From contig JAYPJF010000002.1 in NCBI GenBank assembly GCA_038128225.1, positions 103,451-167,450 on the forward strand: DNA of 64,000 nucleotides. Reading direction: 5' to 3'. Source of the DNA: a bacterium (lineage in GTDB: Bacteria; Patescibacteriota; Minisyncoccia; Phycocordibacterales; UBA2100). Positions 8,435-17,336 of the stretch are shown here, one piece after another (position 1 is the stretch's first letter; each line of letters starts with the position of its first letter). Under the pieces are notes generated by a model, which saw nothing but the letters and a program-made list of their open reading frames with translations, was not told the origin of the DNA and ran no database searches. Position numbers and translations under genes: made by a program.

Positions 8435-9729
8435 AGAAGATCGCGCGCGCTATCATTTTGTACCTCATTACGGTTGAAGCAAAACTTGTGCTCAAAAAGT
8501 ACAAGCCCACGATTGTGGGGGTGACAGGGAGCGTTGGCAAAACATCGGCGAAAGACGCAATCCATGCCGTACTTGCGGAGCAGTTTTACGTTGCAAAAAG
8601 TAAGAAAAGCATGAACAGTGAATTTGGTGTCCCCCTTTCTATTCTCATGCGCGAAAGCGGGTGGGGAAGCCCGTTCAGTTGGATCATGTCGCTTTGGGAA
8701 GGGGCAACGCTCATTCTATTCAAGAATCACTATCCCAGCGTACTCGTGCTTGAAGTCGGGGCGGATCACCCAGGGGACATTGGAGCAATTGCGGGATGGA
8801 TACAGCCGCAAGTTGCAGTGGTGACAGGTGTTCCTGATGTACCGGTGCACATCGAATTTTTTGGTTCCGTAGAAGAGGTTGCGCGCGAAAAGCGAAAGTT
8901 GGTGGAAGCAACAACTTCGAAGGGTGCTGTTGTTCTCAATGGAGATGATGCGCGTGCGTATGAAATGCGCAAAGGAGTTCCTGGCAAAGTGTACTCATAC
9001 GGGTTTGGCACCCACAACGAAATCCACGCCTCACATGTAGAAACGATGTACGAAGGGCAGGTACCGCATGGCGTGCGATTCCGCATCAATCATCGAGGCT
9101 CTTCGGTGCCAGTTGCGGTACAAGGGGCCTTGGGGCACACGCAGGTGTATCCGGCGCTTGCTGCAGCGGCAGTTGGGCTTGCGCTTAAAATGGATTTGGT
9201 AACTATCGGGAAGGGGTTACTGCACTATGAACCTGCGCCAGGGCGGATGCGCATTGTCGCAGGCAGGAAAGGAAGCACGATCATCGATGATACGTACAAT
9301 TCATCTCCCGCCGCAATGGTCTCCGCACTGGCGACACTTAAGACTATCCAAGGTCCTGGGCGCAAGTATGCCCTTTTGGCTGACATGAAAGAGTTGGGGA
9401 AATTTAGTGACGATGCGCACGCGCGGATTGGCGCGGAAAGCGCACACGGAATTGACTGGCTTGTCACCGTAGGGGAACAAGCAAAAGTTATTGCCGAGAG
9501 CGCACGCACGCACGGGCTACATCCCGAGCGCATTACCGAATTTTCTGCACAAGACTCGCAAAAAGCAGGGGAAACAGTTGCGCGCCGCATTGAGCGAGGA
9601 GACATCATTTTAGTAAAAGGCTCGCAAAGTATGCGCATGGAAAAAGCGGTGAAAGAACTCATGGCGGAACCGCTGCGGGCAAAGGAGTTGCTCGTGCGGC
9701 AAAATAGTGAGTGGCTTGCGCGACACTAA
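8431..9729 (+). CDS. murF: UDP-N-acetylmuramoyl-tripeptide--D-alanyl-D-alanine ligase MurF
   Basis: Mur ligase P-loop (VGVTGSVGKTS). C-terminal GDIILVKGSQSMRME typical of MurF. ATGA overlap with the ftsI stop. Confidence 0.85.
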   Translation: MKKIARAIILYLITVEAKLVLKKYKPTIVGVTGSVGKTSAKDAIHAVLAEQFYVAKSKKSMNSEFGVPLSILMRESGWGSPFSWIMSLWEGATLILFKNHYPSVLVLEVGADHPGDIGAIAGWIQPQVAVVTGVPDVPVHIEFFGSVEEVAREKRKLVEATTSKGAVVLNGDDARAYEMRKGVPGKVYSYGFGTHNEIHASHVETMYEGQVPHGVRFRINHRGSSVPVAVQGALGHTQVYPALAAAAVGLALKMDLVTIGKGLLHYEPAPGRMRIVAGRKGSTIIDDTYNSSPAAMVSALATLKTIQGPGRKYALLADMKELGKFSDDAHARIGAESAHGIDWLVTVGEQAKVIAESARTHGLHPERITEFSAQDSQKAGETVARRIERGDIILVKGSQSMRMEKAVKELMAEPLRAKELLVRQNSEWLARH

Positions 9730-9731
9730 TC

Positions 9732-9995
9732 ATGGAAAAAGAAAAACCCTTCTACGGTAGTGAACGCGAAGCGCGTACTGCACCGGGAGAAATCTACAGA
9801 CATTACAAGGGCGGCATTTATCGCCTGGTGGCGCGCGATGTACTGCATAGCGAAACAGAAGAGCTCGGAGTTGTGTATGAACATTTGTGGCCGCACACAC
9901 ATCGGTTTTTCTTCCGCCCCCAAACCATGTTTTTTGACACGTTGCCGCAAGAGAAAGGTGGAGGGAAACGATTCGCGCTACTCAAAAAGTCGTAG
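9732..9995 (+). CDS. DUF1653 family protein
   Basis: YRHYKGGIYRLV...EHLWPHT motif typical of DUF1653. Confidence 0.55.
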   Translation: MEKEKPFYGSEREARTAPGEIYRHYKGGIYRLVARDVLHSETEELGVVYEHLWPHTHRFFFRPQTMFFDTLPQEKGGGKRFALLKKS

Positions 9996-10034
9996 TTTGA
10001 ATTTGCCAGTTTTTGTTTTATGATGTTTGCCTAA

Positions 10035-10106
10035 GGCCCTATCGTCTATCGGCTAGGACGCGACCCTCTCACGGTCGAAAGCGGGGTTCGATTCCCCGTA
10101 GGGTCA
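10035..10106 (+). tRNA. tRNA-Glu (anticodon CTC), no encoded CCA
   Basis: Manual cloverleaf: acceptor GGCCCTA/TAGGGTC; D-arm GTC-TATCGGCTAG-GAC; anticodon stem CGACC/GGTCG with loop CTCTCAC; T-arm CGGGG-TTCGATT-CCCCG; discriminator A. Confidence 0.8.
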
Positions 10107-10269
10107 TCGGTTTAGGAAAATACTCCGGCTTGCCGGAGTATTTTCGTAGACCGAACGATGATGCCTTGGAGGCAAATCGAACGGCCGGACCGAGCAAAGC
10201 GAGGGAGGTGGGCTCGCGACTTTTTGCGTAGCAAAAAAGTTGTGAGGCGATTCCCCGTAGGGTCATCGG
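10089..10269 (+). repeat. 31-bp direct repeat (CGATTCCCCGTAGGGTCATCGGTTTAGGAAA): copy 1 = tRNA-Glu 3' end plus 13 nt (10089-10119), copy 2 at 10239-10269. The two copies flank a 119-bp palindrome-rich spacer.
   Basis: Exact duplication seen in the sequence. The spacer contains AAAATACTCCGGC-TTGC-GCCGGAGTATTTT and CTTTTTGC-GTA-GCAAAAAAG inverted repeats. Confidence 0.8.
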
Positions 10270-10294
10270 TTTAGGAAAGTCACAAGGCAGTAAG

Positions 10295-10328
10295 TATTCC
10301 ATGTAACAAAAAACAGCGGCCCACGAGT
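10295..10328 (-). terminator. rho-independent terminator for the minus-strand gene ending at 10349
   Basis: Minus strand reads CAGCGGCCCAC-TCG-TGGGCCGCTG followed by TTTTTTGTT. Confidence 0.7.
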
Positions 10329-10348
10329 GGGCCGCTGTGCGTTCTGCA

Positions 10349-11353
10349 TCATCCAATGAGGATCTTTCGGAGAGATGCAAGTGTCTCTTCAGCTTGTGCG
10401 GTCGAGGGATCGGTCACCACCGCTTGTAGAGTGGCAAACTCTGACCTCGCACTACTCAGGCGCGCCTGCGCACGCTCAATTTCTGATTCGAGTTCAGCGA
10501 TTTCTTTTCTGAGAGCCGACAAAGCTTGGCCGTGTTGTTTGGCGCCTTCAACAATCTGCGAAAGTCGCACGACCTCCGAAAGTAAGTCGCGTGGCAGCGA
10601 CGGTGCCTCTTTTTCCTCTTTGCCGACAGGTGATGTTTCGGCGGGCTGTGTCACCACTGCAAGCGTTGGTGCCGTTCTTACATGTCTAAGCCATTTGTCC
10701 CCAATGATCAGCAAAGATGCAACTTTCCCCGGCTTGAGATCGCCACCAGCGATGAGTGCCACAATGTCGGCCTCACAATTCATGCGATCCAGCCGCGTGA
10801 GGATGTCGATGCAGACCTCACGAGGGATCACACCTGCATTAGTCGCTTTTGCAACAGCCTCCTCGAAGAACAGGGTAATTGCCTCATTTGTCAGAGGCGT
10901 TGGCTCTACAACTGTTAGCGTGCTTTGTAATGGCGTCGGTTCTGAGGTATCGTGCGCGCCTTGGTCTGCCTTCTCGGCTGTGGAAGAGGCGTCTTTTATT
11001 TTGCCCAACCTTTTTTCGAGGGCAGCATAAAACGCTTCTGGCTCCATCCCATACGGTGTCACAACCTGCAGTGAGTATCTGGCATCGTTGCCGCCGGACT
11101 GCCAGCGGATTTCGACTGATCTTCGTTGGGTATTTGGCAACCCTAGTTGGAGTCCTTTGGCGTGGGGTCCTCCCTTAATCCTGCCTTCGACTATCGCGGT
11201 AAACGTTCCGGACATTCCGCACTCGAGTAAGACTTGTGCCAACGCTGCTCTGAAGTTTTTGTCAGGGCCAAAGTCCCGTACGATCCTTTCTTTTCCACTC
11301 AAAATTACCTGTACTACGGGGGTGGCATGTTTAGGATTAGCGTGTGTGCTCAT
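10349..11353 (-). CDS. hypothetical protein with C-terminal coiled coil (island gene)
   Basis: Start chosen at the ATG with SD GGAGAGAG (MSTHANPKH...). C-terminal heptad-rich region (LRKEIAELESEIERAQARL). Transcribed divergently from the DUF262 gene. Confidence 0.5.
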   Translation of the reverse strand: MSTHANPKHATPVVQVILSGKERIVRDFGPDKNFRAALAQVLLECGMSGTFTAIVEGRIKGGPHAKGLQLGLPNTQRRSVEIRWQSGGNDARYSLQVVTPYGMEPEAFYAALEKRLGKIKDASSTAEKADQGAHDTSEPTPLQSTLTVVEPTPLTNEAITLFFEEAVAKATNAGVIPREVCIDILTRLDRMNCEADIVALIAGGDLKPGKVASLLIIGDKWLRHVRTAPTLAVVTQPAETSPVGKEEKEAPSLPRDLLSEVVRLSQIVEGAKQHGQALSALRKEIAELESEIERAQARLSSARSEFATLQAVVTDPSTAQAEETLASLRKILIG

Positions 11354-11583
11354 CACTCTCTCCATGATGACTGGTTCGTTATAAGGCAAAACGCACCACA
11401 TCGGGTGGCATTTTCCACCAAGAGTGTAACACTTGACAGCTGATTTGACAAATGTCGCTATACATCTTAGCATGCCTCGCAAGACTAGCGTCTCGCGGGT
11501 CTTCTCGGGTGCCAACGCAAAAAAAGTCGTTGGGGGACACCCGGGTGTTCCTTGACAAAGTAGTCCAAACCGAAGGATAGGAA

Positions 11584-12675
11584 ATGTCAAACATCCAGCC
11601 TGTCAAACTGTTCAATGCGGCGCTTGACGATGCAACAGACAGCCCCGCCGGAGTTGTTCTGCGTGGAGCTCTTGATCTGGGATCGTTGCATCACTTGCTT
11701 CGCGATGACTATCAGCGTGAGGCACAGCCGCTCACTGCGCAGTGGCGCATCCTTGATGCGTTGCAGAAGCGTACCCGCCTTCCTGATGTTGATCTCGGCA
11801 TGCGGGGAGAGGAGTTCACGACCCGTGATGGATCGTTCTTCCTCAAAGACCCGACGTACATCATTGACGGCGTCCAGCGCATCTCGACGATTATCCACTT
11901 CGTGAACACGAATCCGGGTGTTGACGTTCGCATCGGTGCGACCGTCCATCTGAATACGACAAAGGAGTGGGAGCGCGAGCGCTTCCACAGGCTCAACAAC
12001 TGGCGGAGTAAGCTTTCACCCAACATCCTGCTGCGCAACATGCGGGAGAGCAACGCCGGGGTCCTGATGCTCTATAGTATCTCGACAAACGACAAGGTGT
12101 TTCCATTGCGCGGTCGCGTGTCATGGAACCAGCGCATGACCAAGGGCGAACTCACTACCGCGCTCACGTTCGCGAAAACGGTCGCGTACTTGCACGGCCA
12201 CAAGGTGTCCTCGCACCGCAACAACGTCGAGGAGATCGGCATCGGCTTGCAGAAACTCGTCGACGTAGTCGGCATTCAGGCACTTCGCGAAAATATCCGC
12301 ACCTTCTTCGATCTCATCGACACATGCTGGGGGATCAAGAGCGTGCAGTACAAGGAGAGCGCGATCTACATGCGAGGGCAGTTCTTGTTCGTACTCGCGC
12401 GACTTCTGTCAGATCACTATGACTTCTGGCAGGATGACGCGGAGAAGCGGCTGTTCGTCGGCGCTGATCTGCGGCGGAAGATCGCCCAATTCCCGATTCA
12501 CGATCCGGAGGTGGTCCGTCTTGCTGGTTCCTCTGGCGCGGCTCGGCAGATCCTCTACATCTTGCTTCGTGATCACATCAACAAGGGCAAGACCACGAAG
12601 AGGCTTTCGCCGCGCTCGACGGCCACGACGGCGGATCTCAGTGACGACGATGAGGACGATGCCAAAGCCGCGTAA
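11584..12675 (+). CDS. DndB/DUF262-like ParB-nuclease-domain protein (DGxQR motif), acidic C-terminal tail
   Basis: YIIDGVQRIST matches the DGQQR/DGQHR signature of the DUF262/DndB ParB-like nuclease family. Size is about DndB-like (363 aa). Higher GC than the host backbone. Confidence 0.55.
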   Translation: MSNIQPVKLFNAALDDATDSPAGVVLRGALDLGSLHHLLRDDYQREAQPLTAQWRILDALQKRTRLPDVDLGMRGEEFTTRDGSFFLKDPTYIIDGVQRISTIIHFVNTNPGVDVRIGATVHLNTTKEWERERFHRLNNWRSKLSPNILLRNMRESNAGVLMLYSISTNDKVFPLRGRVSWNQRMTKGELTTALTFAKTVAYLHGHKVSSHRNNVEEIGIGLQKLVDVVGIQALRENIRTFFDLIDTCWGIKSVQYKESAIYMRGQFLFVLARLLSDHYDFWQDDAEKRLFVGADLRRKIAQFPIHDPEVVRLAGSSGAARQILYILLRDHINKGKTTKRLSPRSTATTADLSDDDEDDAKAA

Positions 12676-12806
12676 GCGCAGGGCGCTCGTTGCCAAAGGG
12701 CGTCGCCTAATTCGGGCTGCGAGAATAAACATTGGCATTGCACGGAAACGCATCAATGAGATGCGTCGGATCCTTGCAAGAACTCCAAGAACTCGCTGAC
12801 AAAACG

Positions 12807-12843
12807 CTCCGGCTGGTATCGCACCAGCCGGAGCATTTTTTTG
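12807..12843 (+). terminator. rho-independent (possibly bidirectional) terminator
   Basis: CTCCGGCTGGT-ATCGC-ACCAGCCGGAG followed by TTTTTTTG. A second GC hairpin with a T9 run follows at 12862-12898. Confidence 0.65.
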
Positions 12844-12895
12844 TGCACGTATTTCATAATGAGAGCCGGCGCCGCATCGCAGCGCCGGTTTTTTT

Positions 12896-13363
12896 TTACG
12901 GGTTTCCCATCTGTGTCTCCAGGTCTTCGATTTCCTCCACACTCAAAAACCGAAGCCATGTCAGAATCAAGACGTAGTCTGGCATGTCGGAGAAGACATG
13001 ATGCTCGTCGCTCCGCACCACTTTATAACTTTCCACGGCTGCCATGCCGCGCATGACCACTTCACCTTCGACAAACACCCACGCATGAATTTCATCCGGC
13101 GAAACAATGTCGGCAACGCCAGACGCAACTACGGCATCAAAAAGACCAACAAATGAGGCACCTGGTGACAGGTGCGCTTTTTTGTCAGGTCTGACGAAAA
13201 GCGTTACAGCAGTATTTGCCTGATTGTTGCCGGCGAGCTCTATGCCACCAACAAAACCAGGAATCACATGTTGGTCGGTTGTACGCGCGATGAACTGGGC
13301 GACATCGCTCTCATCCGTTGGGCGCTCCCATGAAATGCGCAAAAGCACATTTGATAGACGCAT
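12896..13363 (-). CDS. hypothetical protein (156 aa)
   Basis: ATG with SD AGAGGAG (MRLSNVLLRISWERP...). No family recognised. Confidence 0.45.
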   Translation of the reverse strand: MRLSNVLLRISWERPTDESDVAQFIARTTDQHVIPGFVGGIELAGNNQANTAVTLFVRPDKKAHLSPGASFVGLFDAVVASGVADIVSPDEIHAWVFVEGEVVMRGMAAVESYKVVRSDEHHVFSDMPDYVLILTWLRFLSVEEIEDLETQMGNP

Positions 13364-13382
13364 GGTAGTCTCCTCTGGGTTT

Positions 13383-13577
13383 TTAGAAACGCATTCGTGA
13401 CGCAAGTCTTGCCGCAAGGTCTGTGAGATCAAGCGGCAGGCCGAGCCATTTTTTGGTTTCGGTTTGCTGCTTCAGCGCAGCGAGTCGTTCATCGACCTCT
13501 TTGTCGCGACGATAGGGGTTCCATATCACCACAACCACAGCCAACACAAGAACTATAAGTCCACTGATTTCGGCCAT
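13383..13577 (-). CDS. small membrane protein (64 aa, one TM)
   Basis: SD GGAAGGAGA before the ATG; hydrophobic helix LIVLVLAVVVVIW; 20 nt upstream of the 156-aa gene. Confidence 0.45.
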   Translation of the reverse strand: MAEISGLIVLVLAVVVVIWNPYRRDKEVDERLAALKQQTETKKWLGLPLDLTDLAARLASRMRF

Positions 13578-13728
13578 GTGTTTCTCCTTCCGCTCGACAA
13601 GATACTATTTTGTGGTGTTATTTGCAAGCGTACTCTCATTAGGTAGTTAGATTAATAACAGGTTAAAAGAAAGCCCCCGCGCTCAAAAAATTTGCGCGGA
13701 GGCTCAAGGAATCAAGAGGGACAAGCCC

Positions 13729-14529
13729 TCAAGCGTTCAAGGGTCGCCTCCGGGAGGAGGACAAGCCCATGTCGGAGTTGCGCTCGACATTCCACCAGCG
13801 GCTGACGATGAGCCCGTGAGCGCCGAAGTAACCGACGTAGACGCGGCTACCGCCCGAGTCCAGACTCGACGTGCGGACGTAGATGCCCGGCAGCAGATAG
13901 ACGTTCCTGACCGCCTTGTACGAAGTGAGACACCAGGCGACCTCGGCGACGTTGGGCACCATCTCCTCGTCGGAGAGAAGCGCCCGCTGTTCGTTCCAGT
14001 TCTTCGAGGTGGACTCGGGGACCGGCTCTTTGCGGAGCATGAGCCACCGGGTCTCGACCTTGTCGTTCTGGGCGAATGCCTTCTCCGCGTACCAGCCGCC
14101 GTCCTTCGAGTAGAAATGGTCCTTCTTCACGGCGCGAACGTTGAGAAGGGACATCGGACGGTTGGGACCGGCGACGAGCATGTAGCCGTTGTCGCGGCAC
14201 CACTCCAGCACTTCCTGCGCGGGCACGGAGTCGCCGAACTGCGCGAGCTGCTCGTCGGTGTAGACGATTGGCTTGCGCGACTTGGCGATTTCCTCCGGCG
14301 CGATGAAGTCCTTGCCGAGGATGGTACGGGCGAGGCTGTAGTCCGGCGTCTTCGCCGTGAACCGGCGAATGCCCGCGAGCACGTGCGTCTGGAACTCGCC
14401 GCCGCGCTCCAAGAGCCGTTGGAGACCGTCCTTGTCGGGATTGATCTCCTTGAGCGCCTTGTCGGTGGCGTCGTCCACGAAACGCTTGAACTGCTTCTGC
14501 TGGTGAGGCGTGATCGAACGAATCGTCAT
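13729..14529 (-). CDS. hypothetical protein (267 aa), high GC
   Basis: SD AGGAGAAAAGCG before the ATG (MTIRSITPHQQKQFKRF...). The large antisense ORF on + is a GC-driven shadow. A terminator hairpin lies downstream at about 13672-13700. Confidence 0.5.
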   Translation of the reverse strand: MTIRSITPHQQKQFKRFVDDATDKALKEINPDKDGLQRLLERGGEFQTHVLAGIRRFTAKTPDYSLARTILGKDFIAPEEIAKSRKPIVYTDEQLAQFGDSVPAQEVLEWCRDNGYMLVAGPNRPMSLLNVRAVKKDHFYSKDGGWYAEKAFAQNDKVETRWLMLRKEPVPESTSKNWNEQRALLSDEEMVPNVAEVAWCLTSYKAVRNVYLLPGIYVRTSSLDSGGSRVYVGYFGAHGLIVSRWWNVERNSDMGLSSSRRRPLNA

Positions 14530-14710
14530 CGCTTTTCTCCTTTGCATAGCCGGAATCGCTCCGGCGGGGTTTACCACACGTAGACCCGTTTCAGGTCGTC
14601 CTTCCGAACGATCCCGAGGTGATTACATTATATTAATATGGAATTGTCAAATCATGTTCCAAACAGGAGATTTTGATAGTTGGGAGTGAAGTTTTTAGCT
14701 AAAGCAACAA

Positions 14711-15961
14711 TCAGTGAGCACTCGTTTTTGTAATTTTGTAAATTGCACCTGCGCGGTCGTCAGATACAAACGCAACACCTCCGGGTTCGGCAAGAATGTC
14801 TACGGGTCGGCCGATTGCATCATCGGGATCGTTGGTAGAGAGAAATCCGGCAAGGAAGTCGGTTGGTGCAGTGGTTACGTTTCGTTCACTATCGAGATTG
14901 AAACGTACGATCTTGTATCCACTCGGTTCTGAGCGGTTCCATGAACCATGGTATGCAACAAGTACATCGTTGCCCCATCCGTCGGGCCAACCTTCTTCAG
15001 GTACAAATGAGAGTCCAAGTGCTGCCACATGGGCTGGAAGCTCAATATGCGGCGCGCGTGTGTCTTCACAAGGGTCGCGTACATAGTGGTTTCGATCGTA
15101 ATCAATGTCATGGACTTTGTTGCCATAGCAAATCGGCCACCCATAATTTCCTCCGCGCTCGATGATATTCACCTCGTCGGGAGGAATGTCGTCGCCGATA
15201 AGATCGCGCCCGTTGTCCGTGCCCCAGAGTGAACCGTCCACCGGATCAGTTGCCATAAACACCGTGTTGCGCAAGCCGCGCGCAAAGGTTGTCATCGACT
15301 CACTTTCAAGATCATATGCCTGCACGGTGGCGCGCTGCGGATCTTTTTCATCGCATACATTACAGGAGGAGCCGATGGAAATAAGCAACGTTTTTCCGTC
15401 TGGGTGACGCAGCAAGGTGCGCGTGTAGTGACCGCCACCATTGGGAAGCTGCGCGTGTAACCGCATGTCATACACGGAAACGGTGTCTGCGTCATAGCGA
15501 TACGAGCGCAGCGCGTTCGCTTCGGCGACAAAGAGGCGACAGCTGTCTTGGTCTGCGCTCGCGTTTCCCGTTGTGTCACAGATCATCGCGAGCCCGTGAG
15601 GTTGTTTCAAGGCATTAAGAACAGTCACTTTGCTTTCTGCGATGCCGTCGGCATCGAGGTCTTGAAGCGCAACAACGCTCCCATGTTTAGTCAACGAAAC
15701 AAGTAAAGCACCTTTGGGGTCGCGAATCATGACACGCGCACCAGGCACGTCGCGCGAAAAAATGCTAATCGCAAAACCTTCAGGGACCTTGAGTGGTAAA
15801 TCTTCACTGAGTGGCAGGGGAGGCGGCTGAGATGTTTTTGTTGCGACTGCCAACAGAAACCCTGGCGGTGTTTCTACGACGAAGCGGTACATACGGTAGC
15901 CACCCCATGCCAAGAGCGTGAGGGCAATTGCTACAATAATTATCCATGCCCATGCGCGCAT
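14711..15961 (-). CDS. PQQ-dependent sugar dehydrogenase-like beta-propeller protein (soluble aldose dehydrogenase/YliI family), N-terminal membrane anchor
   Basis: N-terminal TM (AWIIIVAIALTLLAWGGY); GGNYGWP and HGSWNRS motifs typical of glucose/sorbosone dehydrogenase beta-propellers. Confidence 0.7.
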   Translation of the reverse strand: MRAWAWIIIVAIALTLLAWGGYRMYRFVVETPPGFLLAVATKTSQPPPLPLSEDLPLKVPEGFAISIFSRDVPGARVMIRDPKGALLVSLTKHGSVVALQDLDADGIAESKVTVLNALKQPHGLAMICDTTGNASADQDSCRLFVAEANALRSYRYDADTVSVYDMRLHAQLPNGGGHYTRTLLRHPDGKTLLISIGSSCNVCDEKDPQRATVQAYDLESESMTTFARGLRNTVFMATDPVDGSLWGTDNGRDLIGDDIPPDEVNIIERGGNYGWPICYGNKVHDIDYDRNHYVRDPCEDTRAPHIELPAHVAALGLSFVPEEGWPDGWGNDVLVAYHGSWNRSEPSGYKIVRFNLDSERNVTTAPTDFLAGFLSTNDPDDAIGRPVDILAEPGGVAFVSDDRAGAIYKITKTSAH

Positions 15962-16107
15962 GTTTCTATCATACGATAGGAAACATAAACACCACATGAA
16001 CGCACAGGAATAAGAGTGTCCCGCGGCAAGTGACCAAACCCCATTTCACTGGTATGATCGGCACGATGTTTACACTGCCGCTACCAATTCGAGAGCCTAT
16101 TTCCCAG

Positions 16108-17322
16108 ATGCTTTGCGCGGCCTGGGTGCTCTTTCTTATATGCATGCCTCTTGCGGCCGGAGCGCAAACCCCCGACGTGTACTTTTTTGAGCGCGAAGAT
16201 TGCGTGCATTGCCAGGCAGAAAAAGCGTTTCTTGAAGAGCTTGCGCGGGCTCAGTCGGGACTCGTTGTTGAGTCGTACGACGTGGTACGTGATACAGAAG
16301 CGCGAACGCTTTTTGAGCAACTTGTGGGGGCGGCGCATTTGCCAAAAGTGACTCCGGTGACAGTAGTTGGCACGACGGTACTCCAGGGTTTTGATAGCGC
16401 AGAAACCACAGGCGTGATCATTGCGGAATTGATTTCTGAGCAAGAGCCAACAGAACTCGAATCGCTCATTCGCGAAGGTGCTCTACATGTATCAACGGCG
16501 ATTGCCCCCGCGTGCGAGGCAGGCGAAACGAGCGACGGAAACGTGTGTATTCCCGGGGCAAGCACAGGCACCGTGTCAGTACCCATTTTAGGCTCTATTA
16601 ATGTTGAAGGCCTCTCGCTCATATCTGTATCGGCGCTTTTAGGTTTTATTGATGGATTCAATCCATGCGCCATGTGGGTGTTGATAACGTTTCTTGTCAT
16701 CCTTTCGCAGGTAGGCGATCGGCGGCGCATGTGGCAGGTTGCGGGTTTGTTTATTGTTGCGGAGGCTTTGATGTATAACCTCATTCTTAATGTATGGTAC
16801 ACAACGTGGGACTTTGTCGCGCTTGATGCGGTTGTCACTCCGTTGGTGGGAATCATCGCGCTTTGCGGCGGATCATTTTTTCTGTGGCGTTGGTGGAAAC
16901 GAAGGAAGCTATCGGCGCTCGTGTGTGATATTACTCCTGAAGCACAGCATTCAAATTTAGTGTCGCGCATGCAGCGGGTCGCTGATAAGCCGCTGACGTT
17001 TATCGTCGCACTAGCGATTATTGGCATCGCGTTTTCGGTTAACATTATCGAATTCGCGTGTTCGCTCGGTATTCCGCAGGCATACACAAAGTTGCTTGAA
17101 TTGAATGCGCCTGAGTTTCTTGTTCGGCAGGGATACCTTGCCGTGTACACGCTGTTTTATATGCTCGATGATTTTATCGTATTTGGTCTTGCACTGTGGG
17201 GTTTTGGGAAGCTACATGCGCACGGGGCGAAGTATGCGAACTTGTCTGCACTTGTGGGCGGGATCGCGCTTTTGCTTTTGGGCGTACTGCTAATTGTATT
17301 TCCGAGCGCGCTTGTTTTTTAG
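16108..17322 (+). CDS. thioredoxin/glutaredoxin-fold (CxxC) domain fused to a polytopic membrane domain; putative disulfide-transfer protein (DsbD/CcdA-like)
   Basis: Signal peptide, then EREDCVHCQAEKAFLEE (CxxC in a glutaredoxin-like context). At least 6 predicted TM helices with conserved Cys (GFNPCAMW, ALCGGSFF, FACSLG). Confidence 0.55.
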   Translation: MLCAAWVLFLICMPLAAGAQTPDVYFFEREDCVHCQAEKAFLEELARAQSGLVVESYDVVRDTEARTLFEQLVGAAHLPKVTPVTVVGTTVLQGFDSAETTGVIIAELISEQEPTELESLIREGALHVSTAIAPACEAGETSDGNVCIPGASTGTVSVPILGSINVEGLSLISVSALLGFIDGFNPCAMWVLITFLVILSQVGDRRRMWQVAGLFIVAEALMYNLILNVWYTTWDFVALDAVVTPLVGIIALCGGSFFLWRWWKRRKLSALVCDITPEAQHSNLVSRMQRVADKPLTFIVALAIIGIAFSVNIIEFACSLGIPQAYTKLLELNAPEFLVRQGYLAVYTLFYMLDDFIVFGLALWGFGKLHAHGAKYANLSALVGGIALLLLGVLLIVFPSALVF

Positions 17323-17336
17323 CATGCTACTATAAC

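Noticed and set aside
10356-11030. 224-aa + strand ORF and several 70-100-aa ORFs at 10682-11443
   Set aside because: Ser/Ala/Cys-rich shadow frames opposite the minus-strand coiled-coil gene. No start signals.
13816-14583. 255-aa ORF on + strand (and 118-aa ORF on - at 13847-14203)
   Set aside because: Arg/Leu/Val-rich low-complexity translation antisense to the well-supported 267-aa minus-strand gene (good SD, coherent sequence). A typical shadow ORF of a high-GC gene.
16251-17150. 299-aa minus-strand ORF
   Set aside because: Antisense to the thioredoxin-membrane fusion gene, which has a clear signal peptide, CxxC and TM helices. Composition (Ser/Thr/Ala-rich) is not protein-like.
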